A stretch of DNA of 64,000 nucleotides from Candidatus Bathyarchaeota archaeon (GTDB lineage Archaea > Thermoproteota > Bathyarchaeia > Bathyarchaeales > Bathycorpusculaceae), in assembly GCA_963717465.1 (NCBI GenBank), contig OY970340.1, positions 864,001-928,000 on the forward strand, in the 5' to 3' direction. Positions 10,145 to 20,170 of this stretch are shown here, piece after piece; the stretch's first letter is position 1, and every line of letters begins with the position of its first letter. A model generated the notes under the pieces. That model saw nothing but the letters and a program-made list of their open reading frames with translations, made no database searches and had not been told where the DNA came from. The position numbers were made by a program, and so were the translations under genes.

Positions 10145-10329
10145 ACCCCCTTTTTGCCCTCCTAAGCTACCAGTTTTCTTTATTTCTCCATTTTGCTGAA
10201 AGCACAACTATCAAGAATATGTGCGTTTTCTATGAAGAAAAGAAAGGTATACAAGTAGTGCTTTCTGTTCGTTTTGTTTATATATGGGTGTTTAAACTAT
10301 GCTTGTGCAAAAGAAGGAATATCTTTAGT

Positions 10330-10770
10330 ATGGGTTCCAAGTCTCCAAGAGGCGAATTCGCCGCAAGGCAATTAAAAAAGAAGCGGAAAGACTTTCGCTG
10401 GTCAAACCGTTACTTTAACAGGCGCATGCTTATGCTAGACGAGAAGGTTGATCCGATGCAGGGTGCGCCTCAATCACGTGGTATCGTTCTAGAAAAAGTA
10501 GGTGTCGAATCAAAACAACCCAACAGCGCTATCCGTAAATGCGTAAGAACGCAACTCATTAAAAATGGTCGTCTTATCACCGCGTTTTTACCCGGAGACG
10601 GGGCGTTAAATGTAGTTGACGAGCACGACGAAGTTGTTGTTGAAGGCATAGGCGGAACAAGAGGAGGCGCCATGGGAGACATTCCAGGAGTACGCTGGAA
10701 AGTAGTCATGATTAACGGCGTTTCACTAAATGAGCTTGTCTACGGGCGAAAGCAAAAGCCAGCAAGGTAA
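10330..10770 (+). CDS. rps12: 30S ribosomal protein uS12
   Basis: [24 protein letters not shown]; start re-called at ATG 10330. Confidence 0.97.
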   Translation: MGSKSPRGEFAARQLKKKRKDFRWSNRYFNRRMLMLDEKVDPMQGAPQSRGIVLEKVGVESKQPNSAIRKCVRTQLIKNGRLITAFLPGDGALNVVDEHDEVVVEGIGGTRGGAMGDIPGVRWKVVMINGVSLNELVYGRKQKPAR

Positions 10771-10775
10771 TTTTT

Positions 10776-11366
10776 ATGAGTACACAATCAGTCGCTCAAC
10801 CACAAGAAATTAAGCTTTTTCAAAAATGGAGCTTCAAGGATATTAAAGTCGAAGACATAGGCTTGCAACGCTACCTGAACTTAACCCCAATGGTTGCGCC
10901 CCACAGCATGGGCAGACATGAACATCAAAGGTTCCGCAAAGCAAAAGTCAACATAGTAGAACGCTTAATCAACGGTCTAATGCGTTCAGGCAAAAACAGC
11001 GGCAAAAAAGCCAAAGCCACAAACATAGTCAAGGAAACGTTTGAAATCATCAACGTACGCACAGGAAAAAACCCAATCGAGATACTTGTAAAAGCCGTAG
11101 AGAACGCTGCACCATGCGAAGACACAACAAGAATCAGTTACGGTGGAGTCGTCTACCACTTATCTGTTGACGTTGCACCGCAACGCAGGATCGACCTTGC
11201 CCTACGCCATATCACTGAAGGCGCCAGAGCCGCAAGCATAAACAACCCGCGCAGCATCCAAGAAACACTTGCAGACGAACTTGTGTTAGCAGCAAACAAG
11301 GATATCAAAAGTGCAGGCGTCGCTAAACGCAACGAAATCGAACGCGTCGCGCAATCAAGCAGATAA
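10776..11366 (+). CDS. rps7: 30S ribosomal protein uS7
   Basis: IVERLIN, GKK, VDVAPQRR, ERVAQSSR. Confidence 0.97.
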   Translation: MSTQSVAQPQEIKLFQKWSFKDIKVEDIGLQRYLNLTPMVAPHSMGRHEHQRFRKAKVNIVERLINGLMRSGKNSGKKAKATNIVKETFEIINVRTGKNPIEILVKAVENAAPCEDTTRISYGGVVYHLSVDVAPQRRIDLALRHITEGARAASINNPRSIQETLADELVLAANKDIKSAGVAKRNEIERVAQSSR

Positions 11367-11398
11367 TCAAAAACGATATTTTTTTCCTATTTTTTAAT

Positions 11399-12583
11399 TT
11401 AGATTTTAGTGTGTATTTCTACTATATCCCCGTCTTCTAAAACAAAATTCAACCCAACCTTCTTGGGACTAAACGGCAAACGCTTAGCCCAAACCATGGC
11501 AAACATGAAGTTTGAGACAAGCTCCTTATGAATGTTTTTCGCCAATTCGTTAACGGTGGTGCCTCGCTTAAGAGCGAAAGGGTGGTCGCTATGCACCTTG
11601 TTGCCGGGTTCCTTTGTATAAACTCGAATTACGCCTAAAGACTCGAAGAGTGCTTTGCCCAGCGCCTCAAATCCAACCTTTTTCTCGCATGACATGGGCA
11701 CGATAGGCAAATTACCGTTTACATATTTCTCTAAAACTTTCAAGTTATTTGCTGACCCCTTCAAATCTGTCTTGTTCGCGGCAATTACTGCCGGCTTGTA
11801 CGTGGTGGTTTCAAAAATGGCGTCCTCTACATCGTCTAAACTTACTTCGCCGGTGATTTTCACGATTGCATCGTTTATTTTATAGGTGCGTATAAGCTCT
11901 TCGACATCCCGCATGTTGCAATCAAGCAATTTGCCGATAAGAATAATCCTTAAGCCAACTCCAGCATGGCGTCGATCAATCTCTACTTTTCCACTAGGCT
12001 TATTTACTAAAACGCGGCTCTTTTCCAATTCGCCCAAAACCAGCTTCAACTGCTCCACTGGATTATTGGACAAATCAACCATTAAAATTAAGCCATCAGC
12101 ATTGCGTGCCAATCCAAGTGTTACGTGACCTGTTCCGCGTCCATCTGCGCTGCCTTCCATTACTGCTGGTGCTTCGACAATTTGGAATTGCACATCTAAA
12201 TAGCTCATTATGCCCGGTACTGGTTCATGTGTACTGTAAGGCGTAGGTGTAACGAGCACTTTTGAGTTTGTTGTGGCATTCATTAAGCAGCTTTTGCCCA
12301 CGTTTGTTGTGCCGATCAAGGCTATCTGTGCGGAAGCTTCCTTCTCGATGAAAAGTTTCGGTCCGCCACTGCTTTTGCCTGTTCCCATGCGTTTCTTGTG
12401 GTCAAGGTCTTTTTGGATGACTGCCATTCTCTTCTTGATGGTGCCTCGAAGCTTCATAGTGCCTTTATGCTGAGGGACAGTGCTTAGGAATTCCTGCATT
12501 TTCTGCAGTTTCTCTTTTGGGGTATGTGCAGCTTCTACTTCAGCCCATTTATCCAAAGCTTCAGGAGGCAAATTATTTGGCAT
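11399..12583 (-). CDS. DRG/RBG1-family GTPase with TGS domain
   Basis: GTTNVGKS, NKTD, IRVYTK, LEDGDIVEI. Confidence 0.9.
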   Translation of the reverse strand: MPNNLPPEALDKWAEVEAAHTPKEKLQKMQEFLSTVPQHKGTMKLRGTIKKRMAVIQKDLDHKKRMGTGKSSGGPKLFIEKEASAQIALIGTTNVGKSCLMNATTNSKVLVTPTPYSTHEPVPGIMSYLDVQFQIVEAPAVMEGSADGRGTGHVTLGLARNADGLILMVDLSNNPVEQLKLVLGELEKSRVLVNKPSGKVEIDRRHAGVGLRIILIGKLLDCNMRDVEELIRTYKINDAIVKITGEVSLDDVEDAIFETTTYKPAVIAANKTDLKGSANNLKVLEKYVNGNLPIVPMSCEKKVGFEALGKALFESLGVIRVYTKEPGNKVHSDHPFALKRGTTVNELAKNIHKELVSNFMFAMVWAKRLPFSPKKVGLNFVLEDGDIVEIHTKI

Positions 12584-13571
12584 ACAGTCTTCAGCAATTA
12601 TATTTCATAGACGACTTTAATACCATTTCTAATACGCGGACAAGAAATGCTCGGCAAATCACTGTTGAGCACGTTCTTGGTAAACTTGCCGGTAAAGCTG
12701 GAATGCAGTTGGCAGCTCGCAAGACCTAGGGGTAGTTATGCTTGGTTCTCTTTCAGCTTTGGCTTTTCTGACTTTGGAGGAGCCGCGAAAACAGGCCTGA
12801 AGACTTGTTGGTAAATGTCCAGAAATGTCCTGAAAATCTGGGAAAACCCGCGAATAACAGGGTAAATCTCGGAAAACCCTGATTTGCTCTTGACGATAAT
12901 AAGAAAACCAACTGCAGTTTTGCTTCCATAGTTTAACTTTTAATTAAACTTGTTTTAATTGTTCGTCCAACTTTTAATTCAACTTTTTTCTTGGTTAGTC
13001 CTTTTGTTTAACTATAGGTTTAACTCATCCGAAATAAATGAAATTAATCTGAATAAGCAGATTGAGCGTTTAATGCCCACGTTTGCCGTCATAATGTTCA
13101 AGTTCAAGTGGCTAATCAGTAAATTTTGAACCATCTCAAGCGGACACGGAAGATTCGCCGAGTAAATTTTCACCAAGAGGGATGGACTGAAATCTTGCAT
13201 GCCTTTTCACAAAAAGTCGCAAAGCAAGAGAATTTAACACGCTTCGCGCCGCGCTCCGCAAGTATTCATTATCGTAAAATTAAGCATTTGTCATTTTATT
13301 TTTATCTAAAAATTTTTTAATTAATTCTTCGTCACTTTTAATTTGACTATCATCAAATTTTCTAAGACGATGGAGCAAAATACTAAAACAGTCCTTCTTT
13401 TCACCAGTTTCTATATTCTTTTATGATTTTTCGTTCCAAAGGACTTAGAATATAATTTCGCATAACAACTCCATTAATCATATTCGCTTATAACTTTTTC
13501 AAATTCTAAGCAATCTAACCAAAAGATTTAAAAAATGACTTAAAAAAGTAATTTAGAAAAAGAGTTAATCT

Positions 13572-14738
13572 TTATTTTTTCTTTAAAGCTTGTTGAATCT
13601 CATCTCTCAAAGGTATTACGGCTTCCGCAAGAAATGCAAATACTAAAAGTATAGTTGTGCTTATCCACGTGTTGGTATCAATATGAATATATGGTGTAAA
13701 AAATGCAAATTGTACTATCAAAATTAAAATAAATGTAACAACCATAACTGCCTTATAGAAGTATGGAATTTGAGAAACAAGTTTTTCGGTTCTCTTAAAG
13801 GGAGTACGCGTAGGTTTAATCGCCAAATCATAGGCTATCATCGAAATAGGGTCACACAATTCGTCCTTTGACTCTTTGATAATAGCTGGAGAATCAACGT
13901 GTCTTAATCTACCTTCTATTTCAAAAACAGTCTTATCTCTGATAGCTCCCGAAGCATCTGTCTGTTGATAAGAGTAAATTCCAGAGGTATAAGCGACCGT
14001 CGCAAGAATCGACTGATTTTTATCATTTGCATCTGAACCTATGACCATTAAAACACTATCAACAAAACCAATGGGCATTTTGTAAACAAGATAACCGTCG
14101 CTTTCTTCTTTTCTTCTATAATCTTCCACTTTACCTATTACATCATCAACAATTTTGAAATTCGCATTGATAAAATACGTTTTTCTTGACACGCCAATCA
14201 AATTAGGACCTACCACTAATCTGACTATAAAGAGCTGAACGAATCCAGCAAAAATAAAAACAAAGCATAAGATGAATGCTACGAAAACCCATTGAGAAAA
14301 CATGGTATTTATCATTGAAGTAGTTGGAATATAGTAACCTATGTAAAGAGTATTGTACATATGTAGAAACTCGATTGCAGCAAACGTCATCCAAGCAAAA
14401 ATTTGGATATTTAAAGGAGAAACAATCCTTTTTGGCGAGAAAAACAGAGAAGCAGCTATACAATATAAAATGGGCAAAACAGCAAAACCTGATAAATACC
14501 AAACCCCGTAATCAGTAAGTACAAATGTGGCATTGCTCGCTGTCTGATTTATAGATACAAGTACTCCAGCGTAGAAAAGTACAACTTCAATTGGAACTAG
14601 AATAATTGTGGCTACGATTAGAGTCAATGTTGTTTGGGAATTTTTAATTCTTTCCAAGAGGTTCTCTTTCCCTTTCGTTGTTAAGCCTTTTTCGTATTTA
14701 GATTTTGCCAACAATTGGACATTATAGAAGACCGACAT
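13572..14738 (-). CDS. hypothetical multi-pass membrane protein
   Basis: 388-aa ORF with several hydrophobic segments. Confidence 0.75.
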   Translation of the reverse strand: MSVFYNVQLLAKSKYEKGLTTKGKENLLERIKNSQTTLTLIVATIILVPIEVVLFYAGVLVSINQTASNATFVLTDYGVWYLSGFAVLPILYCIAASLFFSPKRIVSPLNIQIFAWMTFAAIEFLHMYNTLYIGYYIPTTSMINTMFSQWVFVAFILCFVFIFAGFVQLFIVRLVVGPNLIGVSRKTYFINANFKIVDDVIGKVEDYRRKEESDGYLVYKMPIGFVDSVLMVIGSDANDKNQSILATVAYTSGIYSYQQTDASGAIRDKTVFEIEGRLRHVDSPAIIKESKDELCDPISMIAYDLAIKPTRTPFKRTEKLVSQIPYFYKAVMVVTFILILIVQFAFFTPYIHIDTNTWISTTILLVFAFLAEAVIPLRDEIQQALKKK

Positions 14739-14777
14739 GCCATCAATTTTTTAAAAAGAGTTAATCTTAAGCGCACT

Positions 14778-14791
14778 GGCTTGTCCCTAAA
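14778..14791 (+). repeat. isolated IS terminal inverted repeat GGCTTGTCCCTAAA
   Basis: perfect reverse complement of 17661-17674; preceded by AGCGCACT. Confidence 0.75.
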
Positions 14792-14888
14792 ATCGGAAGA
14801 CTCCCTGAAACGCAAAACAAAAGAGTAAGTGAGGTGGAAATCGTTTCTTCAAAAATGCTGGCCACGTTGGGTTTTCATGGCGCGCACG

Positions 14889-15833
14889 CTATTTCTCATC
14901 GTGTTGACTTATACACCAACTAGGCAGGGCGCGCGTTTCGGCAACGACGCGAGCTGTGAACTTCGGGTTGCGCACGAGCTCTGAGCCAGTCATAGGACGG
15001 CCGCGCTCGTCGTAGTAGATGCCGGTCTGGCCTGATTCATTGGTCAAGATTTTGGTGATTACGCTTGCGGTTCGCTTCGAGGTGCTCATGTGTGGGATCA
15101 AAGGAGCGAGCGGCGCAAGGAGGTATTTAGCAAAGAAACGTAAGAAGATGTTGGCCTCACGCTCAAGACCGGTGCCCGGATTGAGGCCTGGTTCAAGTGC
15201 GCTGAAGCGTAATCGGGGAATCTCGTGGGCGAACTCTAATACCGTGGCAAGGCTGCACTGTTTTGAAGTGGCATAGGCGTCGAAGCCGGGATTCTTGGAG
15301 CCGCCAGGCTTCCACTCGCCACGTGCGCTGGCCTCCGCAGAGATATAGCGGCCGCCACGGAAGCCGAAGCGCTTGGCTAGTGAACGTGCGGGGTCTTCTA
15401 CGGCGGAGACTAAAAAGACGATGTTCACGTCGTCGGCCAGGTGCGGAATGAGTTCTTCGGTAAGTAGGAATGGCCCTATGTGGTTGGTCGCGAACGTCAT
15501 GTCCCAGCCAAATGAATTCTTCGTGGGTCGTTGCTGCCTGATACCGGCGTTGTTGACCAGACCGACGATTGGCAGATGCAGCGAGATGATCTCCGCTACT
15601 GCGTGCCGCACGCTCGCAGGCTCCGACAGATCGCAGATGACCGACACCGCGCGCTGTCCCATTTTCTCGATTGTCTTCTGCAAGTCCGCAAGCTTTTGGC
15701 GATCGCGGCCAACCAAGATAACTGTGCCGAGCTTAGCAAGCTCGAGTGCCGTGGAGCGACCTATGCCTGAGGTCGGGCCTGTGACGATGAACGCTTTCTG
15801 TGTTGCAGGGTTACTCGATTTAACATTCGGCAT
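14889..15833 (-). CDS. short-chain dehydrogenase/reductase
   Basis: TGPTSGIG, NNAG, YATSK; visibly GC-rich. Confidence 0.9.
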   Translation of the reverse strand: MPNVKSSNPATQKAFIVTGPTSGIGRSTALELAKLGTVILVGRDRQKLADLQKTIEKMGQRAVSVICDLSEPASVRHAVAEIISLHLPIVGLVNNAGIRQQRPTKNSFGWDMTFATNHIGPFLLTEELIPHLADDVNIVFLVSAVEDPARSLAKRFGFRGGRYISAEASARGEWKPGGSKNPGFDAYATSKQCSLATVLEFAHEIPRLRFSALEPGLNPGTGLEREANIFLRFFAKYLLAPLAPLIPHMSTSKRTASVITKILTNESGQTGIYYDERGRPMTGSELVRNPKFTARVVAETRALPSWCISQHDEK

Positions 15834-15846
15834 TTTTCCACCTGTA

Positions 15847-15908
15847 GTTGATTGTCTAGTCAGTCATTATCAATATGCGATATAAATGTTTGTCTAGTCA
15901 ATCATTAT
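15847..15908. promoter_or_regulatory. two TetR operator-like repeats TTGTCTAGTCA(G/A)TCATTA flanking a TATA box
   Basis: direct repeats either side of TATAAAT; related palindrome ATGAGTG-N6-CAGTCAT at 16505-16524. Confidence 0.6.
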
Positions 15909-15921
15909 TTAGTTCGAAAAA

Positions 15922-16500
15922 TCAAGCAAGTGCGCGCCAGAGGGTGTCGAAACCGATCTTGCAGTATTTGGTAGCGTTGGTTGGGTCCTGAGCCATGAAA
16001 TCCATCGTTGCTTCCGCTACTGAGTTCATTATTGCAACGACAAAATCCATCGAAGCATCACAAATAGGACCGTTTGAGCGACCTTGTTCCAGCAGTTTAG
16101 CGATGTCTGCCATGGTTTTGCGCGCCGCAGCACGACTTGCAGGGGTTATCTCATCTGAAACGCCGAGCAGCGCGAGTGCCCGTCGCTTACCAGGGTTGTT
16201 AACCGCCCAGTCCATCCAATTTGACCATACATGAAACAACTGATCATGAATCGTGGTCCCTGCTGGAAGTCCATCCATGGAAGCGGACGCCATCGCGGAT
16301 TTCAGTTCAAGGTAGAGTTGGTTAAAAAGGTTAGCTTTAGTCTCGAAGTAGGTGAATAGTGAACCGTTAGAGATGCCTGCCTCTTGAGCTATTGTGGCCG
16401 TCGGTGCACTTAGCCCGTGAGTAACGATAACTTGGGTCGCTGCCGCCATGATAGCGTTCCGTTTTTCTTCGCTTTTCGGTCTAGCCATGTTTCTCATCAC
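15922..16500 (-). CDS. TetR/AcrR-family regulator
   Basis: MARPKS, IAQEAGISNGSLFTYFETK HTH. Confidence 0.92.
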   Translation of the reverse strand: MMRNMARPKSEEKRNAIMAAATQVIVTHGLSAPTATIAQEAGISNGSLFTYFETKANLFNQLYLELKSAMASASMDGLPAGTTIHDQLFHVWSNWMDWAVNNPGKRRALALLGVSDEITPASRAAARKTMADIAKLLEQGRSNGPICDASMDFVVAIMNSVAEATMDFMAQDPTNATKYCKIGFDTLWRALA

Positions 16501-16579
16501 ATAAATGAGTGTTTAATCAGTCATGTATATAAATTCTGTGACTTTTATCATGAAAAATAGTGAATTTGATCAGCGCGCC

Positions 16580-17674
16580 GCTTTGTCCATAAATTATGTG
16601 TTGAAGTAGGTTGGTGATACTGCTTTTTCATATCTGCCAATCCTCTGAGCTGCCTCTCTGTTTAGAACAAGGCAAAGAATGCTGCACAATGCATAGAATG
16701 TTACTTGCGCTAAACCCCTGACTTTGTTGTTAGCCATAGCTAAACTGTGTCTTAAGAAAACTGTTAACTGCCTCGATAGGGGTCTTTTGTGATATTCCAT
16801 CTTTTGTTCTTCAGATCCATAAGTCCTAAACTTCCTATCAACTCGCAAAAGACCCTCAACACCCTTCATGTGATTCGCAGGATAAGGAATAGTTGCCGTC
16901 TCCACAGCGCCTCTAAGCTTAGAATCGCTATATTGACTATCCGCAACTGCACTTCTAACCTTGGCTTTGCACCGTTGCAGAATTCTCTTGGCTTTGTCAA
17001 GTATAGTCAAGGAATGTTTCTTCTCATTTTGGTTTGCAGAAACAAAGACGCTTGAAAGAGGAAGCATAGTTTTGTGGTCAATCGACAGATGTAGCTTATA
17101 GCCTAATGCAAAGGATCGTCCGGATCTGCCAACTCGGGCGTCAGCATCCGAATAGCCAGTTTGATTATCTGTTGGATGACGAATACTCCAAGCTTTGATG
17201 AAAGAAGCATCCAAAACAACATAAACCTCACCGCTTTGTTGTTCTTTCAGGAGTTTGACCACTTTGCTGTCTATTATTTTGTTGAGGCTTTCTTCGCCGA
17301 CGCGTTTGGAGAATCTGCTTAGAACGCTTCGTGTGTAGCCTTTTTGTTTGTCATTGATTAGACAGAGCTTTCTGATTCTTTGGTCTGTGTTTAGGATGCG
17401 GGTCATTTCTCTTAGGCTGCATACTGCTTTCATGCGCATGATTAAGAAAGTTCGAAAGAGGCCGAGTGGGTTTCTGGGCGGTCTTCCGGGACCAGAAATG
17501 TGGAAACATCTGGTTAGGATTTTGTGGGCAAAGCTTAAGTCAACGTTTTTGAAGAGGGTTTCAAGGGTTTCGTGTTCATCCTGTCTCGCAGGGATTCACC
17601 TTCCTTGTGTTGATTGGTTCTCAAGATACGAGACCCCGTTTCTAGTAATAAGCGTTTCAATTTAGGGACAAGCC
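16580..17674 (-). mobile_element. DDE insertion sequence (IS5/IS4-like superfamily)
   Basis: imperfect 14-bp TIRs GCTTTGTCCATAAA / TTTAGGGACAAGCC; flanks AGCGCGCC / AGCGCGCT. Confidence 0.8.
16594..17595 (-). CDS. DDE transposase (DDE_Tnp_1-like), apparently damaged
   Basis: LDAS, GYKLH, ADSQY; frame stays open upstream of 17439 (GPGRPP); the YxxRxxIE Glu lies in another frame near 16775 (compensating indels). Confidence 0.85.
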   Translation of the reverse strand: MPARQDEHETLETLFKNVDLSFAHKILTRCFHISGPGRPPRNPLGLFRTFLIMRMKAVCSLREMTRILNTDQRIRKLCLINDKQKGYTRSVLSRFSKRVGEESLNKIIDSKVVKLLKEQQSGEVYVVLDASFIKAWSIRHPTDNQTGYSDADARVGRSGRSFALGYKLHLSIDHKTMLPLSSVFVSANQNEKKHSLTILDKAKRILQRCKAKVRSAVADSQYSDSKLRGAVETATIPYPANHMKGVEGLLRVDRKFRTYGSEEQKMEYHKRPLSRQLTVFLRHSLAMANNKVRGLAQVTFYALCSILCLVLNREAAQRIGRYEKAVSPTYFNT

Positions 17675-17788
17675 AGCGCGCTAAAATTATTGAATATAGG
17701 ATTACCATAGAGCGCGCATGATAACGGATACAAAATATTTACCTCGAATTAATAAATCTCATATAATAAGTTCGCACAATTTGAAATT

Positions 17789-18079
17789 ATGTCGAGAAAA
17801 AACCAGAGCCTACTAATAAGCAATAGTGTTCTTAGCATTAAGCCCGTTAGACGCCGCACGCGCGCCAAAAACACTTTTGGTACACCTTTGCTAAAAAGAA
17901 AGCCTATTGTGAGAGTAGGGAAAACAAGTAATTTCGTTGTTGATTACGATAGCACTGAAAGACTCATTCTGGTGTATGGAAAAGAAGCTCCAATCTCACA
18001 TGGTTTCAAACTTGGATTAGATAAAAACGAAGCTACGGCTCTAATTAATTTATTGAAGCGCGCGTTATCGAGCAAATAA
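17789..18079 (+). CDS. hypothetical protein
   Basis: 96-aa ORF. Confidence 0.5.
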   Translation: MSRKNQSLLISNSVLSIKPVRRRTRAKNTFGTPLLKRKPIVRVGKTSNFVVDYDSTERLILVYGKEAPISHGFKLGLDKNEATALINLLKRALSSK

Positions 18080-18209
18080 ACGATTAGATTTATGAGTTAT
18101 CAACAGCGAGCGAAGTATTTTCTTAAATTCGTCAAAAGAATCGATTTCCATAAACAAAATTCAAAATTCATAATGTTTTTCTTTCTAATTCCTAAAAGAA
18201 TAGGCACAA

Positions 18210-18728
18210 GTGAATAAATTGAGCCAATTCTACTACGATTGCATGTTGAAAGGGAATTTTTACAAGGACATGATTAGGGTTATGCTGCAAAAATCTGGAT
18301 ATTCAGTTTGCCCTTATGGTTATGAGAGTACTTTGTCAGATGTCAAGTCAAAGCTTACGGAAGAAACAAGAAACTCCAAGACTGGTCGTAGAATTAGGTG
18401 CTCTCCAGATTTGCTTGTTTACGATGACCAAAACGTAATGCTTGTAGAAGTCAAGATGCGGAGCAAATCACCGCCAATGATAAGAGCCAGTGAAATTAAA
18501 AATGTTAAAGAGTTTTGGAATGATTCCATTCTTGTGGTCGTAGTCCCAGAAGATAACATCTTCTATGCTCAAGAGATGAGCAAATTAGAATTTCAAAAAA
18601 CCGATTATTATCAATTATCAGATTTTGAGAAATTTCAAGATATTTTTACAAGGGTTCAGTTTAAGGACATTTCATATTATAAAGACATTGTGTTACAAAA
18701 CATGACAAAGAACTCCAAAAAAGATTGA
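18210..18728 (+). CDS. PD-(D/E)XK nuclease-like protein
   Basis: SPDLLV...LVEVK. Confidence 0.7.
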   Translation: MNKLSQFYYDCMLKGNFYKDMIRVMLQKSGYSVCPYGYESTLSDVKSKLTEETRNSKTGRRIRCSPDLLVYDDQNVMLVEVKMRSKSPPMIRASEIKNVKEFWNDSILVVVVPEDNIFYAQEMSKLEFQKTDYYQLSDFEKFQDIFTRVQFKDISYYKDIVLQNMTKNSKKD

Positions 18729-18816
18729 CCCCTATACCTATGCCACATATTGACTTGCTTTTTCTTCAGAGAAGATACGCACAGCTAAAAACATAAGCGC
18801 ACGCTTAAATCACTAA

Positions 18817-19119
18817 CTAGCGTGCTTTTATTTTGAATTTTGGCGACCTATTATAACCGATTTTTGGATTATTCGATTTGTATTTCAGAATTAGTTCAAC
18901 TTCTTTCTTGTTTACTTCTCTATCTGTTGCGTCATTGGATTGCCAAAGAATTTCCCTTCTTATCGTGAAATCCTTTTTTTCTTCATCAATAAAATCCGAC
19001 TCCAAAAGTTTACTATCTGGACTGCCAAAATATCTAAACGTACCTGTTAAATCCTTTCCAATGTAGATTTTACCGTTAGGATATGTTATTTTATAAATAA
19101 CCTTCAAACTTGCCACCAT
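18817..19119 (-). CDS. GIY-YIG nuclease
   Basis: VIYKITYPNGKIYIG, E, GYN. Confidence 0.85.
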   Translation of the reverse strand: MVASLKVIYKITYPNGKIYIGKDLTGTFRYFGSPDSKLLESDFIDEEKKDFTIRREILWQSNDATDREVNKKEVELILKYKSNNPKIGYNRSPKFKIKAR

Positions 19120-19151
19120 CTAAATATTTTTTGTTCTATCGGTCAAATTTT

Positions 19152-20018
19152 TCAAGAATCGATTTTGTCATTGACTAATTTGTAATCAGAGATTCGTATC
19201 GGTTCAACCAAACTGTTAGACAACAGAGAAGCAAAATCCCTAATGAGCATTCTTTCAAATGATAGTCTATGCTCAAACAACTCGTCTGGAAGAACATCAT
19301 ACCGAAAGTAATCCCAATTAGGTATTGATGCATGCTCTTGGCTTAATCTCTCTATCAACTTGGATGCTTCTCCAACGTACAAAAGTCTGTTCTTAGTGTC
19401 TATGAGAAAGTACAGAACATTATTAGCGCCTAATTCAAACTCTAATTCCTTGCGCGGTTTCCAATGAGTCTTATAGATTCTGAAAGGTGGCTTTTCATTT
19501 AACTCATCATCAATTTTGTGAAGCACAGGTGACCCTATAAAATGTTTGAATAACTCAGAGAACATTGGTTTTTGCGTATAGTAAGCTTGGAAATAGAACT
19601 GCTTTGTTTCCCTCTGATATTCGATATCAAGGAATTCCCAGAAGGGTATTTCGTCTTCTATGCTCCTTGTTTCTGATCCGTTAGATTTTCTGAGCCTGTC
19701 TTCAATGTCTCTGACAAAACTCATAACAAAAACATCTTTCAACTCATATGATAGTTTAGGTTCATACCATAATCTGTAAGCTGGTGTTTTTCGTCCTTCC
19801 TTAGCTATCGTCATCCATCCTTTGAATAGCCTTCCTTTGAAATTTACTTTAACTCTTGAATTTTGGTGGTTTCTTGATGTGCATTCTGAAAAGTCTTTTT
19901 CGATTTCCCACATCCTGCAAGCCCATTGAGGGATAGTCGTACCACTCTGTCGAAAAAGGGATGAGTCTACTTTCTTACGCCATAGTGGATGGTCAACATC
20001 TGACCGCTCAAGTTTCAT
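19152..20018 (-). CDS. protein with unknown N-terminal domain and C-terminal GIY-YIG domain
   Basis: VLYFL..LYVGEA..RL..H..E; ATG start at 20018 preferred. Confidence 0.75.
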   Translation of the reverse strand: MKLERSDVDHPLWRKKVDSSLFRQSGTTIPQWACRMWEIEKDFSECTSRNHQNSRVKVNFKGRLFKGWMTIAKEGRKTPAYRLWYEPKLSYELKDVFVMSFVRDIEDRLRKSNGSETRSIEDEIPFWEFLDIEYQRETKQFYFQAYYTQKPMFSELFKHFIGSPVLHKIDDELNEKPPFRIYKTHWKPRKELEFELGANNVLYFLIDTKNRLLYVGEASKLIERLSQEHASIPNWDYFRYDVLPDELFEHRLSFERMLIRDFASLLSNSLVEPIRISDYKLVNDKIDS

Positions 20019-20170
20019 GTTATCACTAAGTTTATTGTAGCAACGTATACTGTAAGTCAATTTAACGTTTAAAAAATTATTGACAAAAAAAGAGAAAAAA
20101 TGTGCTTTTTAAAAGGTCTTAAATCTGAACAGCGCAGAATAGAAAAAACTGAATAAAACTGGTGGTGAGT

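Noticed and set aside
10093..10329. 79-aa N-terminal extension of uS12
   Set aside because: Overlaps the cupin gene and promoter-like DNA; homology starts at ATG 10330.
15019..16234. Long antisense ORFs in the SDR/TetR region
   Set aside because: Expected shadow ORFs in GC-rich coding DNA.
13230..18820. Integron attC array suggested by recurring GCGCGC patches and TTCGCATAAC
   Set aside because: No paired RYYYAAC/GTTRRRY cores and no IntI found.
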